64,000 nucleotides of DNA from Acidobacteriota bacterium (GCA_015486055.1 WFSJ01000018.1:34179-98178); one strand, 5' to 3'. Counted from the stretch's first letter, positions 38,084 through 47,647 are shown. A program made the numbers and translations. The notes: a model not told the origin generated them from the sequence alone.

Positions 38084-39856
38084 ATGGGACTTAAGGAAGT
38101 TCTAAAACCTCTGGGGGCCTGGAGACAGATAGCTAGGAAACCCCACACAATTCTTGTTCCCAAGGTACATAGAGAGGCGGCCGAAAGATACAGAGGATTC
38201 CATGTTAATGATCTTGGAAAGTGCATAGGGTGTGGAACCTGTGCTGCAGTTTGTCCCAATGAGGCTATAGATATGGTAAAGATTGAAGGAATAGAAGGAA
38301 AGAAGGGAGATTCAGGATTCCGCCCCAGAATTGATTATGGAAGGTGTTGCTGGTGCGGTCTTTGTGTTGATTCCTGTCCCACAACATCCTTAAGAATGAC
38401 TAACGAGTATATCTGGATAAGGGAAGCCCCTGACGATTTTGTTTATATCCCAGGATATGACATAAAGGGATTTGAGCAGAAGGAAAAGGGATATAGAAAG
38501 GATAAGGAGCACAGCTTTACAGATTATCACAGGGTTCCCATGAGAGAAAAGGAACCAGAGGAAAGGCTCCAGACCTTTGCGGAAGTAGTGCTTGGTTATA
38601 CTGAAGAGGAAGCAAGAAAAGAGGCGGACCGTTGCATTGGCTGCGGGCTCTGTATATCAGGGTGCCCTGATAGAATGCACATCCCAGATTACATAAGGGC
38701 TGTAGCCTCAGGGGAATATGAGCGCTCTGTTAACATAATGTATGAGAATAATCCCTTTGCTGAGCTTTGCGGCAAGGTGTGCACGAGAAGATGCGAGAGC
38801 TATTGCTCCCTGGGGAATGAGGGAGATCCTGTTGCCATAAGATGGCTTAAGAGGTTCGCTACGGAGAGGTTTTCAGATCTTAAAGAAGTCATAAGAGCTA
38901 GGAAACAGGAATTAAAGGATAAATCCGTGGGGATAATAGGGGCGGGACCCGGAGGTCTCACTGCGGCCTATTACCTTGCCCTCAGAGGTTATAAGGTGAC
39001 AGTTTACGAGGCAATGCCAGAGGCAGGGGGAATGACTATGGCAGGGATACCCAAATACAGGTTTCCCCTTCCATCCCTTAAGAAGCAGGTGGAATTTATC
39101 CTGTCCCAGGGCGTCGAACTAAAAACCAATTACTTTGTTGACCCTGAGAAATTCAGAAATCTCATGGAAATCCACGATGCCATTTATCTTGGAGTCGGTC
39201 TTTTAAAACCATGGAAACTTGGGGTCCCGGGTGAAGACCATCCCAATGTTATATATGCTATTGATTACCTCAGGAAAGTGAACTTTAATGAGTCAGTAAA
39301 GATTGGCAATGAAGTTGTTGTAATTGGCGGTGGAGATGTTGCTATAGATGCAGCAAGAGTTTCTCGTCGATTCGGAGCAAAGGTTACCATTGGTTACAGA
39401 AGGAGAAAAGTAGATATGCCTGCAGACCGTGAGGAAATTGAGGGAGCAGAGGAAGAAGGGGTTGAGATCTGGGAGAAAATAATCCCGTTAAGAGTGGAAG
39501 ATGCGCCCGAGGGAAGAGTGAAACTCGTCTATGGAAAGGCCCGCATGGTAGACCAGGGACCTGGAAGAAGACCAAAGCCTGTTTTGATAGAAGGAGAAGA
39601 GTATGAAATTTTGGTTGACAGGATAATTGTTGCTATAGGACAGCAGGCAGATCTCACCTTTTTGCCCCAGGAGTTCGCAGAGAAGATGGAAGTAGAAAGA
39701 GGCCGCATAAAGGTGAATGAAAGGCAGATGACCTCCATCTCCGGAATTTTCGCAGGAGGAGATGTGGCAAACAGGGTTGCAGATGCCATATCAGCCATTG
39801 CAGATGGTTTACGCGCAGTGAAAGGCATAGAGCTTTATTTCCAGGGAAAATCCTGA
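38084..39856 (+). CDS. Fusion protein: NuoI-like 2x[4Fe-4S] ferredoxin domain plus GltD/NfnB/SudA-like NAD(P)H-dependent flavoprotein domain
   Basis: CIGCGTCAAVCP and CCWCGLCVDSCP are NuoI-like. CIGCGLCISGCP is a third ferredoxin motif. LCGKVCTRRCESYC matches the GltD N-terminal cluster. IIGAGPGGLTAAYYL...EAGG and VVVIGGGDVAIDAAR are the FAD and NAD(P) folds. Confidence 0.8.
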   Translation: MGLKEVLKPLGAWRQIARKPHTILVPKVHREAAERYRGFHVNDLGKCIGCGTCAAVCPNEAIDMVKIEGIEGKKGDSGFRPRIDYGRCCWCGLCVDSCPTTSLRMTNEYIWIREAPDDFVYIPGYDIKGFEQKEKGYRKDKEHSFTDYHRVPMREKEPEERLQTFAEVVLGYTEEEARKEADRCIGCGLCISGCPDRMHIPDYIRAVASGEYERSVNIMYENNPFAELCGKVCTRRCESYCSLGNEGDPVAIRWLKRFATERFSDLKEVIRARKQELKDKSVGIIGAGPGGLTAAYYLALRGYKVTVYEAMPEAGGMTMAGIPKYRFPLPSLKKQVEFILSQGVELKTNYFVDPEKFRNLMEIHDAIYLGVGLLKPWKLGVPGEDHPNVIYAIDYLRKVNFNESVKIGNEVVVIGGGDVAIDAARVSRRFGAKVTIGYRRRKVDMPADREEIEGAEEEGVEIWEKIIPLRVEDAPEGRVKLVYGKARMVDQGPGRRPKPVLIEGEEYEILVDRIIVAIGQQADLTFLPQEFAEKMEVERGRIKVNERQMTSISGIFAGGDVANRVADAISAIADGLRAVKGIELYFQGKS

Positions 39857-39911
39857 AGACTCTATTGAAATTTTTCTTGAAAAGGGAAGGAATTTTGTTT
39901 ATATTTTTCCT

Positions 39912-40280
39912 GTGAGAAAGAAAAGTGGATTTTATCTCTTCCTTTCATGGTTAATTCCGGGAGCTGGCCATTTTATCCTCGGGAAAAAGATAGAGGGCAT
40001 TGTAATTTTTCTTTCCATATTATATTTCTTCATTATCGGTATTATTCTTGGGGGAAGATTCATAGGAACGAATGAGGGATCTCCTCTTACAGTTTTTCTG
40101 ACATTTTCTGACCTCGGAAGCGGGATGTTTTATTTTATCGGGAAAGTATTAGGACTAGGAGCCCAGCTTAAGGCAAACTGGACAAGTGATTATGGGACTT
40201 TCTTTCTCGTAGGAGGAGGACTTATAAACTATCTTGCAGCAGTAAAGGCCTATGAAATAGCAGAAGGGATAAAGAAGTGA
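39912..40280 (+). CDS. TM2-domain-like small membrane protein
   Basis: SWLIPGAGHFILGKKIEGIVIFL resembles the TM2 G-x-H-R-F-Y-x-G block. 122 aa. Confidence 0.4.
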   Translation: MRKKSGFYLFLSWLIPGAGHFILGKKIEGIVIFLSILYFFIIGIILGGRFIGTNEGSPLTVFLTFSDLGSGMFYFIGKVLGLGAQLKANWTSDYGTFFLVGGGLINYLAAVKAYEIAEGIKK

Positions 40281-40443
40281 GAAGCTATATTTTGATTCTC
40301 CTCCTTTTTTCTGTCCCGGCTTCCGTGGACCTTGCACTTATAAGAAGGGATAAAAGAAAGGACAGGATGAAATACGGGATAAAATCCTTTCTGTGGATGG
40401 TCGTAGCCTCAATACTCTTCGGTTGGTTAATGTATATATTAAA

Positions 40444-42126
40444 ATGAGGAGATACTGCGGAAGCCTAAGGAAAAAGGATGTAGGGAAGGATGTCGTTGTA
40501 AAGGGTTGGGTACAGAGAACAAGAAACTTAGGGGCCCTTGTTTTTGCAGATATAAGGGATAGGGAAGGAGTAGTGCAAATAGTAGGAGGAAAGGAAGTTG
40601 GGGCTCTGAGGCCAGAATGGGTCGTTGAAATAAAGGGGAAGGTTGAAGAAAGAGAGGTGAAAAACCCATCCTTATCAACAGGGGAAATAGAGATAAAAGT
40701 CGAGTCTATGAAAGTTCTCAGCAAAGCTAAAATACCTCCTTTCCATGTTCTTGATGAAGTGGATGTTTCAGAAGAGGTAAGGCTCAGATATAGGTATATT
40801 GACCTTCGTCGTCCAAGGATGCAGAGGAATATTATATTGAGACACAGGATGGCAATGGTAGCAAGAACTTATCTTGACTCCCTAGGTTTTATTGAGGTGG
40901 AGACCCCAATCCTTACAAAATCAACTCCTGAAGGGGCAAGGGATTTTCTTGTTCCCTCAAGAAATTACAAAGGCAAATTTTATGCCCTTCCTCAGTCCCC
41001 TCAGCTTTTTAAGCAGCTTCTCATGATCTCGGGGCTTGATAGATATTTTCAACTTGCAAAATGCTTCAGGGATGAAGATCTGAGAGCTGATAGGCAGCCC
41101 GAATTTACACAAATAGATGTAGAGATGAGCTTTCCGCAAGAGGAGCAGATTATTGAAATAACAGAGGGTCTTTTGAAAGAAATGTTTGCAGCCTCCGGGA
41201 TCAATATTAGTGTTCCATTTCCCCAGCTTACATACAGGGAAGCAATGAATAGATATGGGAGTGATAAGCCAGATCTAAGGATACCTTACAAAATAGATGA
41301 TCTTACAGAAATGAGCATGGGTGGAGGAAATAGGATTATTGAGGAAGTAATTTATTCAGGCGGAAAATTACTCGGCATGAAAATACCGAATGGACTTACA
41401 AGGAAGGAAATTGATTCCCTAAATTCTTTCATAAAGGAACTTAGTGGAGATGGGATTTTCTGGCTGAAAATAGAAGATGGAATAAGAGGTAACCTGAAAG
41501 GAAATGAGGAATGGAAAGAGAAGCTTTGCGACTCTCTCGATCTTCACAAAGGGGACACAGCCGTTTTTGTGGCGGGGAAAGGGATCAAAGAATTGATGGG
41601 CTCTTTAAGGGTCAAGGCTGCAAGAATTAAAGGGGATGTGGAAGAAGGCATGAAATTCCTCTGGGTGAGGGATTTCCCCCTTTTTGAGCTTGATTCTGAG
41701 GGCAATTTAACATCAAACCATCATCCTTTTACATCTCCTGCAAATGAAGATGTTTCTATTTTGGAGAGGGAACCTCTTAAGGCGCTTTCAAGGACCTATG
41801 ATGTTGTGCTGAATGGAATTGAGCTTGGAGGAGGAGGCATAAGAATAAATGATGCCGAACTTCAGAGAAAGATACTTAAAATCCTCGGCATTGAGGAAAG
41901 CAGATTTTCTTTTCTGATAGAAGCTTTGGAACATGGAGCACCTCCCCATGGAGGAATTGCCCTCGGATTCGATAGAATTGTGATGATGGCCGCAGGGGAA
42001 GAATCAATAAGAGATGTTATAGCTTTCCCTAAAACTACCTCTGGCCTTTGTCTTCTAACAGGAACTCCTTCTGATGTAGATAAACCTCAGCTTAGGGACC
42101 TTGGGATAAAAATCACCTCCTCATAA
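40444..42126 (+). CDS. aspS: Aspartyl-tRNA synthetase (bacterial type)
   Basis: FRDEDLRADRQPEFTQIDVEMSF, the insertion (GAD) domain, C-terminal GGIALGFDRI. The track ORF starts at 40393, but the AspRS-like N-terminus MRRYCGSL begins about 40444. Confidence 0.9.
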   Translation: MRRYCGSLRKKDVGKDVVVKGWVQRTRNLGALVFADIRDREGVVQIVGGKEVGALRPEWVVEIKGKVEEREVKNPSLSTGEIEIKVESMKVLSKAKIPPFHVLDEVDVSEEVRLRYRYIDLRRPRMQRNIILRHRMAMVARTYLDSLGFIEVETPILTKSTPEGARDFLVPSRNYKGKFYALPQSPQLFKQLLMISGLDRYFQLAKCFRDEDLRADRQPEFTQIDVEMSFPQEEQIIEITEGLLKEMFAASGINISVPFPQLTYREAMNRYGSDKPDLRIPYKIDDLTEMSMGGGNRIIEEVIYSGGKLLGMKIPNGLTRKEIDSLNSFIKELSGDGIFWLKIEDGIRGNLKGNEEWKEKLCDSLDLHKGDTAVFVAGKGIKELMGSLRVKAARIKGDVEEGMKFLWVRDFPLFELDSEGNLTSNHHPFTSPANEDVSILEREPLKALSRTYDVVLNGIELGGGGIRINDAELQRKILKILGIEESRFSFLIEALEHGAPPHGGIALGFDRIVMMAAGEESIRDVIAFPKTTSGLCLLTGTPSDVDKPQLRDLGIKITSS

Positions 42127-42331
42127 AGTGGAGAGCTAATTCCCACGCTATATAGCTTATGAATAGGCAGAGGAAGGATGCAATCATAAGGGGAGAGGCA
42201 AATCCTCTTCCATAAAGAACCATTACAAGGGCAACAAAAGATAAAAGATATGCAAACCTTAGTGCTTTTTTTCTTTTTGGAGTGAAGGGTTTCAGGAAGA
42301 AGATGCTATATATAAATAATAACGCTGACAT
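42113..42331 (-). CDS. Small hydrophobic protein (2 TM). Start uncertain, since the track ORF (to 42466) overlaps tsaE
   Basis: Hydrophobic 72-117 aa ORF downstream of tsaE. No homology recognised. Confidence 0.25.
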   Translation of the reverse strand: MSALLFIYSIFFLKPFTPKRKKALRFAYLLSFVALVMVLYGRGFASPLMIASFLCLFISYIAWELALHFMRR

Positions 42332-42357
42332 AAAAAAGAAAGAAATTCCTATTATTG

Positions 42358-42795
42358 TCAATTTAATCTCTTTATCTCTATTTTTCTTTCCCCGTTTTCC
42401 TCTTCCTTTATTTTTACTTTTATAATTCTGGTTGACCATGGGAGTCCCTCGGCTTTTTCTCCCCACTCAACTGCCACAATTCCCATACCGAGAAAATCCT
42501 CAACACCGAGAAGCTCAATCTCCTTTTTATCTTCAACCCTGTAAAGGTCAATATGAAAAAGGAGCCCTTTTCCTGAATAGATATTCATTATTGTGAATGT
42601 AGGCGAGCTGACAAGTGATTCGTTTATACCCATCCCCCTTGCGAGTCCCTTCACGAAGACAGTCTTTCCTGAGGCTAAACTTCCATATAGAAGAATTACC
42701 TCATCTCCCCTGAGTCCTTCAGCAAGCGCTTCTGCTATTTCTTTTGTTTCTTCCTCTGATTTTGATATAAAACTATTCTTCATATTTAAAAGCAT
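42358..42795 (-). CDS. tsaE: tRNA t6A37 biosynthesis ATPase TsaE (YjeE)
   Basis: P-loop GSLASGKTVFVKGL, SPTFTIMNIY, VEWGE are TsaE hallmarks. Confidence 0.8.
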   Translation of the reverse strand: MLLNMKNSFISKSEEETKEIAEALAEGLRGDEVILLYGSLASGKTVFVKGLARGMGINESLVSSPTFTIMNIYSGKGLLFHIDLYRVEDKKEIELLGVEDFLGMGIVAVEWGEKAEGLPWSTRIIKVKIKEEENGERKIEIKRLN

Positions 42796-44353
42796 CGGGG
42801 AGGTGATGGATTATATCCATTGCCGAAAGGAAAGGCTGGGTAAGTTCAGTTGCCGCAAGGTCTCCTGAAAGACCGTGATACCCAACCGCTTCTACTAGAG
42901 ATTCTTCCATTTCGTCTTCTTCTGCCTGTGCAAGAAACCCTGCTATCATGCCTGTAAGGACGTCCCCTGCCCCACCTGTTGCCATCCCTGGATTCCCAGT
43001 TGCATTTATGTAAACGGTTCCGTCAGGAGAGCAAATCAGGGTTCTGTATCCCTTCAGGATAAGGTTTACCCCCTTTTCTAATGAAAATTTTCTTGCTTCC
43101 TCAATCCTGTTTTTCAGGAGTTCATCCTTCCCCTTTCCTGTGAGCCTTGAGAATTCGCCAGGATGGGGGGTTAAAACCGTAAATGTTTTAAACTCAGGGA
43201 AATATGGGAAGGAGGAAAGAAGATTAAGACCATCTGCATCTATTACCATTGGAACATTGACTTTTTTTATAAGTTCTTTAAGGAATTTCCCTGTTTCCCC
43301 TGAGGTTCCTAACCCTGGTCCAACTGCCACAACTGTTTTTCCTTTAAGCATTTCCTCTAACTGTGTAGAAGCTTCGGAAGATATTTCTCCATCCTTGTCC
43401 TTAAGCGGTAAACTCATTATTTCAGGCGGTATAGGAACCATTGGAAGGACCGGGGAAGGAGTTGCCAAAGTCACAAGGCCAGCTCCAGATTTTAATGCTC
43501 CTATTGCTGTCATGGCTGCAGCCCCTGTTTTTCCCAGGGAGCCTGCTATAACAAGGACATGACCGTAATTTCCTTTGTGGGAATTTTGCTCCCTTCTAAG
43601 AAGCTTTCTTGGAAAGAGCCCGTCAGGAAAGGTGAATCTGAAAGGGAGGTTCTCATCTTCATAAGCATCAGGGGGGATTCCGATTTTTACAACATCTGTG
43701 TCCCCGCAGTGTTCCTCCCCTGGGGGGAGAATGTGACCGAATTTTAGGGCCTCAAATGTCACAGTAAAATCTGCTTCTACAGCCCTTCCCATGACTTCCC
43801 CGTTCTCCGAAGATACTCCGGAAGGGAGGTCTACTGATAAAATTTTCTTCGCAAGCAGGTTTATATCATCTATTGCTCGCCTGTAAATCCCTTTGACTTC
43901 CCTTTTCAGGCCTGTTCCGAAAATTGCATCTACTACAAGGTCAGACCTTTCAACGAAAGGAAGCAATTCCTCCCATTCCTTCATTCCATTAACAAAAAAT
44001 ATATTTATCCCTGTCTTTTCAGCTGCCTGCAAATTAAGCTTTGCGTTTCCTTTGATTTTTTCAGGCGATGAGAGAACTATTAAATTTACTGTGAGTTCCT
44101 GGTTGTAAAGGTGACGGGCAGCAACGATCCCATCCCCCCCATTATTGCCTGGCCCGGAAATTACAGTGACAGTAAATACGTCTTCCATCTCCACTGCCTT
44201 TTTTGCCACCCATCCCCCTGCGTTTTCCATCAATATTCTTGAAGGTATGCCGTATTTCTCCTCTGCCTTTTTATCAAACTTTCCCATGAGTTCAGCATTA
44301 AAAACGGGAATTTCCTTCATTTTCTCCTCCTTTAAAATAATATCACAGCTCAA
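42773..44353 (-). CDS. nnr: Bifunctional NAD(P)H-hydrate repair enzyme Nnr (YjeF-N epimerase plus YjeF-C dehydratase)
   Basis: YjeF-N (GPGNNGGDG) and YjeF-C (GxGD...carbohydrate-kinase-like) halves. Classic nnr-tsaE adjacency. Confidence 0.85.
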   Translation of the reverse strand: MSCDIILKEEKMKEIPVFNAELMGKFDKKAEEKYGIPSRILMENAGGWVAKKAVEMEDVFTVTVISGPGNNGGDGIVAARHLYNQELTVNLIVLSSPEKIKGNAKLNLQAAEKTGINIFFVNGMKEWEELLPFVERSDLVVDAIFGTGLKREVKGIYRRAIDDINLLAKKILSVDLPSGVSSENGEVMGRAVEADFTVTFEALKFGHILPPGEEHCGDTDVVKIGIPPDAYEDENLPFRFTFPDGLFPRKLLRREQNSHKGNYGHVLVIAGSLGKTGAAAMTAIGALKSGAGLVTLATPSPVLPMVPIPPEIMSLPLKDKDGEISSEASTQLEEMLKGKTVVAVGPGLGTSGETGKFLKELIKKVNVPMVIDADGLNLLSSFPYFPEFKTFTVLTPHPGEFSRLTGKGKDELLKNRIEEARKFSLEKGVNLILKGYRTLICSPDGTVYINATGNPGMATGGAGDVLTGMIAGFLAQAEEDEMEESLVEAVGYHGLSGDLAATELTQPFLSAMDIIHHLPDAFKYEE

Positions 44354-44395
44354 CTTTTCTTTCTATGCTTCGTAAAATAATGTTGGAGGTGAAAA

Positions 44396-45229
44396 ATGAA
44401 GAAATTTTTTATTCTTTTTACTCTTTCAGCCTTTCTTATAGGGGGCAGCTTTCACGAGAAGAAGGAGTTCGCTGTAAAGGGAAGACCCGAGCTGAATCTT
44501 AAAATCATTGCAGGGAAAATTGAGGTTAAGCAGTGGAAGAAGAAAAAGGTAAAGGTCAACCTTAATGTTGAATACTGGGGTGAAAGACCAGAGGTTGTAA
44601 TTGAATCCCGTGGGAATTCAGTGTTTGTTAAGATGAAAGAACACCATGGAGTTTGCCTTTTCTGTCGGAGAAAAAGTCCAAGGGCTAACCTTATTGTTTT
44701 TGCTCCGGAAGGTTATTCAGCTTATCTTGAAGCAATAAGTGGGGATATTTATCTTGAAGGAGTAACTCACAGGATTAAGGCTTCCAGTGTCAGCGGGGAT
44801 ATTAAAATCTCTCGGCTTGAAGGCAGCACTTTCACTGCCAGCACAGTAAGTGGGGACATTGAAGGACAGGTCTTAAAGGCTGCATCCTCAAAATTACATT
44901 CTATCAGCGGGGATATATCCATCATGGAAATTCTTTCGGGGAGTATCAAGGGAAATACAGTAAGCGGAGATATTTCCCTCGGTATTGGAAGCTCTGATTT
45001 ACCCTCGGGCGAATGGTTTTTCAAAAGCGTTAGCGGAGATATAAAGGTGAACCTATTGGAGAAGGCAAAGCCAAATTTTTCAATAGAAGCAAGCACTGCA
45101 AGCGGGACTGTTAAAATTGACAATGAAGAGATTAAAGGGAAGATTAGGAAAATAAAAAAGATAATGGGGAATGGAGACATAAAAGTCAATCTTAAGAGTG
45201 TTTCCGGGGACATAATCTTCAATTATTAG
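44396..45229 (+). CDS. DUF4097-type beta-strand repeat protein (putative adhesin-like), secreted
   Basis: Signal peptide. Six or more SVSGDI(K/S)-type repeats. Confidence 0.65.
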   Translation: MKKFFILFTLSAFLIGGSFHEKKEFAVKGRPELNLKIIAGKIEVKQWKKKKVKVNLNVEYWGERPEVVIESRGNSVFVKMKEHHGVCLFCRRKSPRANLIVFAPEGYSAYLEAISGDIYLEGVTHRIKASSVSGDIKISRLEGSTFTASTVSGDIEGQVLKAASSKLHSISGDISIMEILSGSIKGNTVSGDISLGIGSSDLPSGEWFFKSVSGDIKVNLLEKAKPNFSIEASTASGTVKIDNEEIKGKIRKIKKIMGNGDIKVNLKSVSGDIIFNY

Positions 45230-45265
45230 TTATCTTTTGAGTGGAAGCACCGATAGGGAAAGATT

Positions 45266-47647
45266 TTACCTTTTTCTCCCTGTTTTAGCTTTCCATAGAG
45301 GAAAGACAATCTCTATTCTTGTTCCCTTTCCTTCTTGGCTTTCAACCTTTAAATTCCCACCGTGCTCAACGACGGTCTTATAAACCTGGATAAGACCGAG
45401 CCCAGTCCCTTCTTTTTTTGTAGTAAAAAATGGGGTGAAAATCTTGCCCATGAATTCCTTCTTTATTCCTTTTCCATTGTCTTCAACTGAGAGTAAAGCA
45501 TATCTGCGACCTTTCAATAGCGGAAATTTTTCCCTCCATTCCCTCTCAAGATTTATTTTCTTCACCTCCATTTTAATTTTCCCTGTTCCTTTTATTGCAT
45601 CTGCCGAGTTTTTTACTATGTTCAAAAGAGCCTGGCTTAGCTCGGAATCATTTGCATTTAAAATCGCCCCTTTCTCGCAGGAAAGCTCAATTTTTATTCT
45701 CTTCCCCATCAGTCTCCTCAATAGCTCTACTTCATTTTCAAGCCAGGCTCCAAGGTCTATTATTTTCTTTCCCCCTTCCGGAGCTTTTGCCCCAAATTTT
45801 AAGATTTTGCTGGGGAGAGAAGCTGATTTTAGGGAGAAATCCACTATTTTTCTCAGGTATTTTTCTCTTTCTTCCTGAGGCCCATTTAAAGCAGTCTGTG
45901 AAAGATTCGCTATGGTATTTAAAACATTGTTGAAATCATGAGCAGCCCCTGCGGATATTTCGCCAAGCGTCATAAACCTTTCATTTCTTTTCCTCTCTTC
46001 CTCTATGGCTTTTTCCTTAGTTATATCCCTCAATATCCCGGCTATCAGAGTTTTGCCCATAGCCTCAGTAGGATAAAGGGAAATATGGAATATCCTTTTT
46101 CCTTCCCCTATTTTTAATTCTATTTCCTTCTCTGCCTTTCCTTTTCTCTTCGCGATTTCTATGACTTTTTTTAAGTGCTTTGCTGTCTTCTCTGGGAGAA
46201 ATCCAGCAAGATTCTTTCCTTCGGCTTTTCCAAAAAGGATGTTTATGGGTGAGTTTGCAAGCTGAATTACTAAATCCCCATCCTCTTCCTTTGCTATGAA
46301 TAATCCTTCCTGAACGCCATTGAAAATCAGCGAGAGAAGTCCTCTTTCTTTCCTCAACTCCTGCTCTTTTGTATTCCTTTCCGCAAGGATTTTTGGGAGA
46401 ATTGAAAGCTCCTTAAGAAATTCTAAATTCTGCTCATCAAACTCCCTTTTCCCCTCCATTATTACGAGCCTCTCTTGGGAAGGGGCTGGGATAAATACAA
46501 ATCTTCCATTTGATACTATACCTTCTTGCAATTTATCTGGGATTTTTCCTGAATATTCTTTCCCTGTATAGGAAAATATAGTCTCTCGCTCAGAGCCTAA
46601 GACCCAAAGACCTTTTAGGTTAAGAAGCTCAAATGTTCCCTTTGCTAAATCAAGCATCCAACTTTTTATAGACCCACACTTTAGACCTTCTTCGGCCATT
46701 TTGTTCATGAACCTTGTTTTTCTTATTTCCTCCTCAAGTCTCTCTTTGAACCTCCTTTCATCAGTTACGTCAACCACCGTTGCTATTATCTGCTCTTCTC
46801 CTTTAAATTTTGATATTATTGAGAATATCTTGCTCCACACTATTTTGCCGTTTTTCTTCAAGAGCCTGGCATGGTACTCTGTTTCCCGTTCATCCCCTGA
46901 TATTTTCTTTTTGAAGGCTTCCTTTGCCTTCTTTCTATCCTGAGGATAATAAATGCTGAAGGCCTCTTTCCCTTTCAGTTCTTCAGGGCTGAAATTAAGC
47001 ATTTTTGAAAGAGTTTCGTTTACATACTTGAACTGAGGAGGATATTTAACAGTTGAAACAAATACCCCTATGATTTGATTGTTAAGGATTATTCTAAAGA
47101 AGTCAGCTAATTCCCTGCTGTCCCTTTCTCTAAGCTCAAGTTCCCTTTTCACTTTTACCCAATTTATTTCCCTTGAACACAATATGGAAATTAGAGAAAG
47201 AGCCTTTTCCTGATTCTGAGACAATTTTCCATCAGGTTCGAAGTAAATTACCCCCTCAAGTTTATTGTTCCATATGGGGATCAGGTATCCTTTCCCCTTT
47301 TTTAGGAAACCGTTTCTAAGGGATTTTTCCATTTTTCTGGTGAGTCCTTCTGATACAAAATCAGGGATGAAATACCTTGTGGAGATTACCTTTTGCCAGG
47401 TTTTTTTGTTCCTTCCTGCCCATAGCTTCTTACAGTTTATGCTGAAATATATTTCCTGGGCTGTTTCCCTTATAACATCTTCTTCAGTGAAAAGCTTTTT
47501 TCCATGGCCTAATTGTTCAGCTTCAAGCTCCATCCTGCGAGTCCCTTCTCCAGGAAATTCCAGATTATTCTCAGGAAAATCAAGAAAAGTTCTGATGAGT
47601 TTCCTTAAATACTCTTTTCCCTCCATCTTTTCCTCCTTAAAGGTCAA
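45266..47647 (-). CDS. Multi-PAS sensor histidine kinase (no cognate response regulator adjacent)
   Basis: H-box ISAGAAHDFNNVLNTI. HATPase N/G boxes (DNGKGI, GTGLGL). PAS-like segments upstream. Confidence 0.8.
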   Translation of the reverse strand: MTFKEEKMEGKEYLRKLIRTFLDFPENNLEFPGEGTRRMELEAEQLGHGKKLFTEEDVIRETAQEIYFSINCKKLWAGRNKKTWQKVISTRYFIPDFVSEGLTRKMEKSLRNGFLKKGKGYLIPIWNNKLEGVIYFEPDGKLSQNQEKALSLISILCSREINWVKVKRELELRERDSRELADFFRIILNNQIIGVFVSTVKYPPQFKYVNETLSKMLNFSPEELKGKEAFSIYYPQDRKKAKEAFKKKISGDERETEYHARLLKKNGKIVWSKIFSIISKFKGEEQIIATVVDVTDERRFKERLEEEIRKTRFMNKMAEEGLKCGSIKSWMLDLAKGTFELLNLKGLWVLGSERETIFSYTGKEYSGKIPDKLQEGIVSNGRFVFIPAPSQERLVIMEGKREFDEQNLEFLKELSILPKILAERNTKEQELRKERGLLSLIFNGVQEGLFIAKEEDGDLVIQLANSPINILFGKAEGKNLAGFLPEKTAKHLKKVIEIAKRKGKAEKEIELKIGEGKRIFHISLYPTEAMGKTLIAGILRDITKEKAIEEERKRNERFMTLGEISAGAAHDFNNVLNTIANLSQTALNGPQEEREKYLRKIVDFSLKSASLPSKILKFGAKAPEGGKKIIDLGAWLENEVELLRRLMGKRIKIELSCEKGAILNANDSELSQALLNIVKNSADAIKGTGKIKMEVKKINLEREWREKFPLLKGRRYALLSVEDNGKGIKKEFMGKIFTPFFTTKKEGTGLGLIQVYKTVVEHGGNLKVESQEGKGTRIEIVFPLWKAKTGRKR

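Noticed and set aside
40393-40446. Track start of aspS at 40393 with an N-terminus MDGRSLNTLRLVNVYIK
   Set aside because: The AspRS-like N-terminus begins at MRRYCGSL (about 40444). The upstream extension is hydrophobic read-through from the intergenic region. My hand reading of this stretch also showed a 1-nt ambiguity, so I did not call small upstream ORFs
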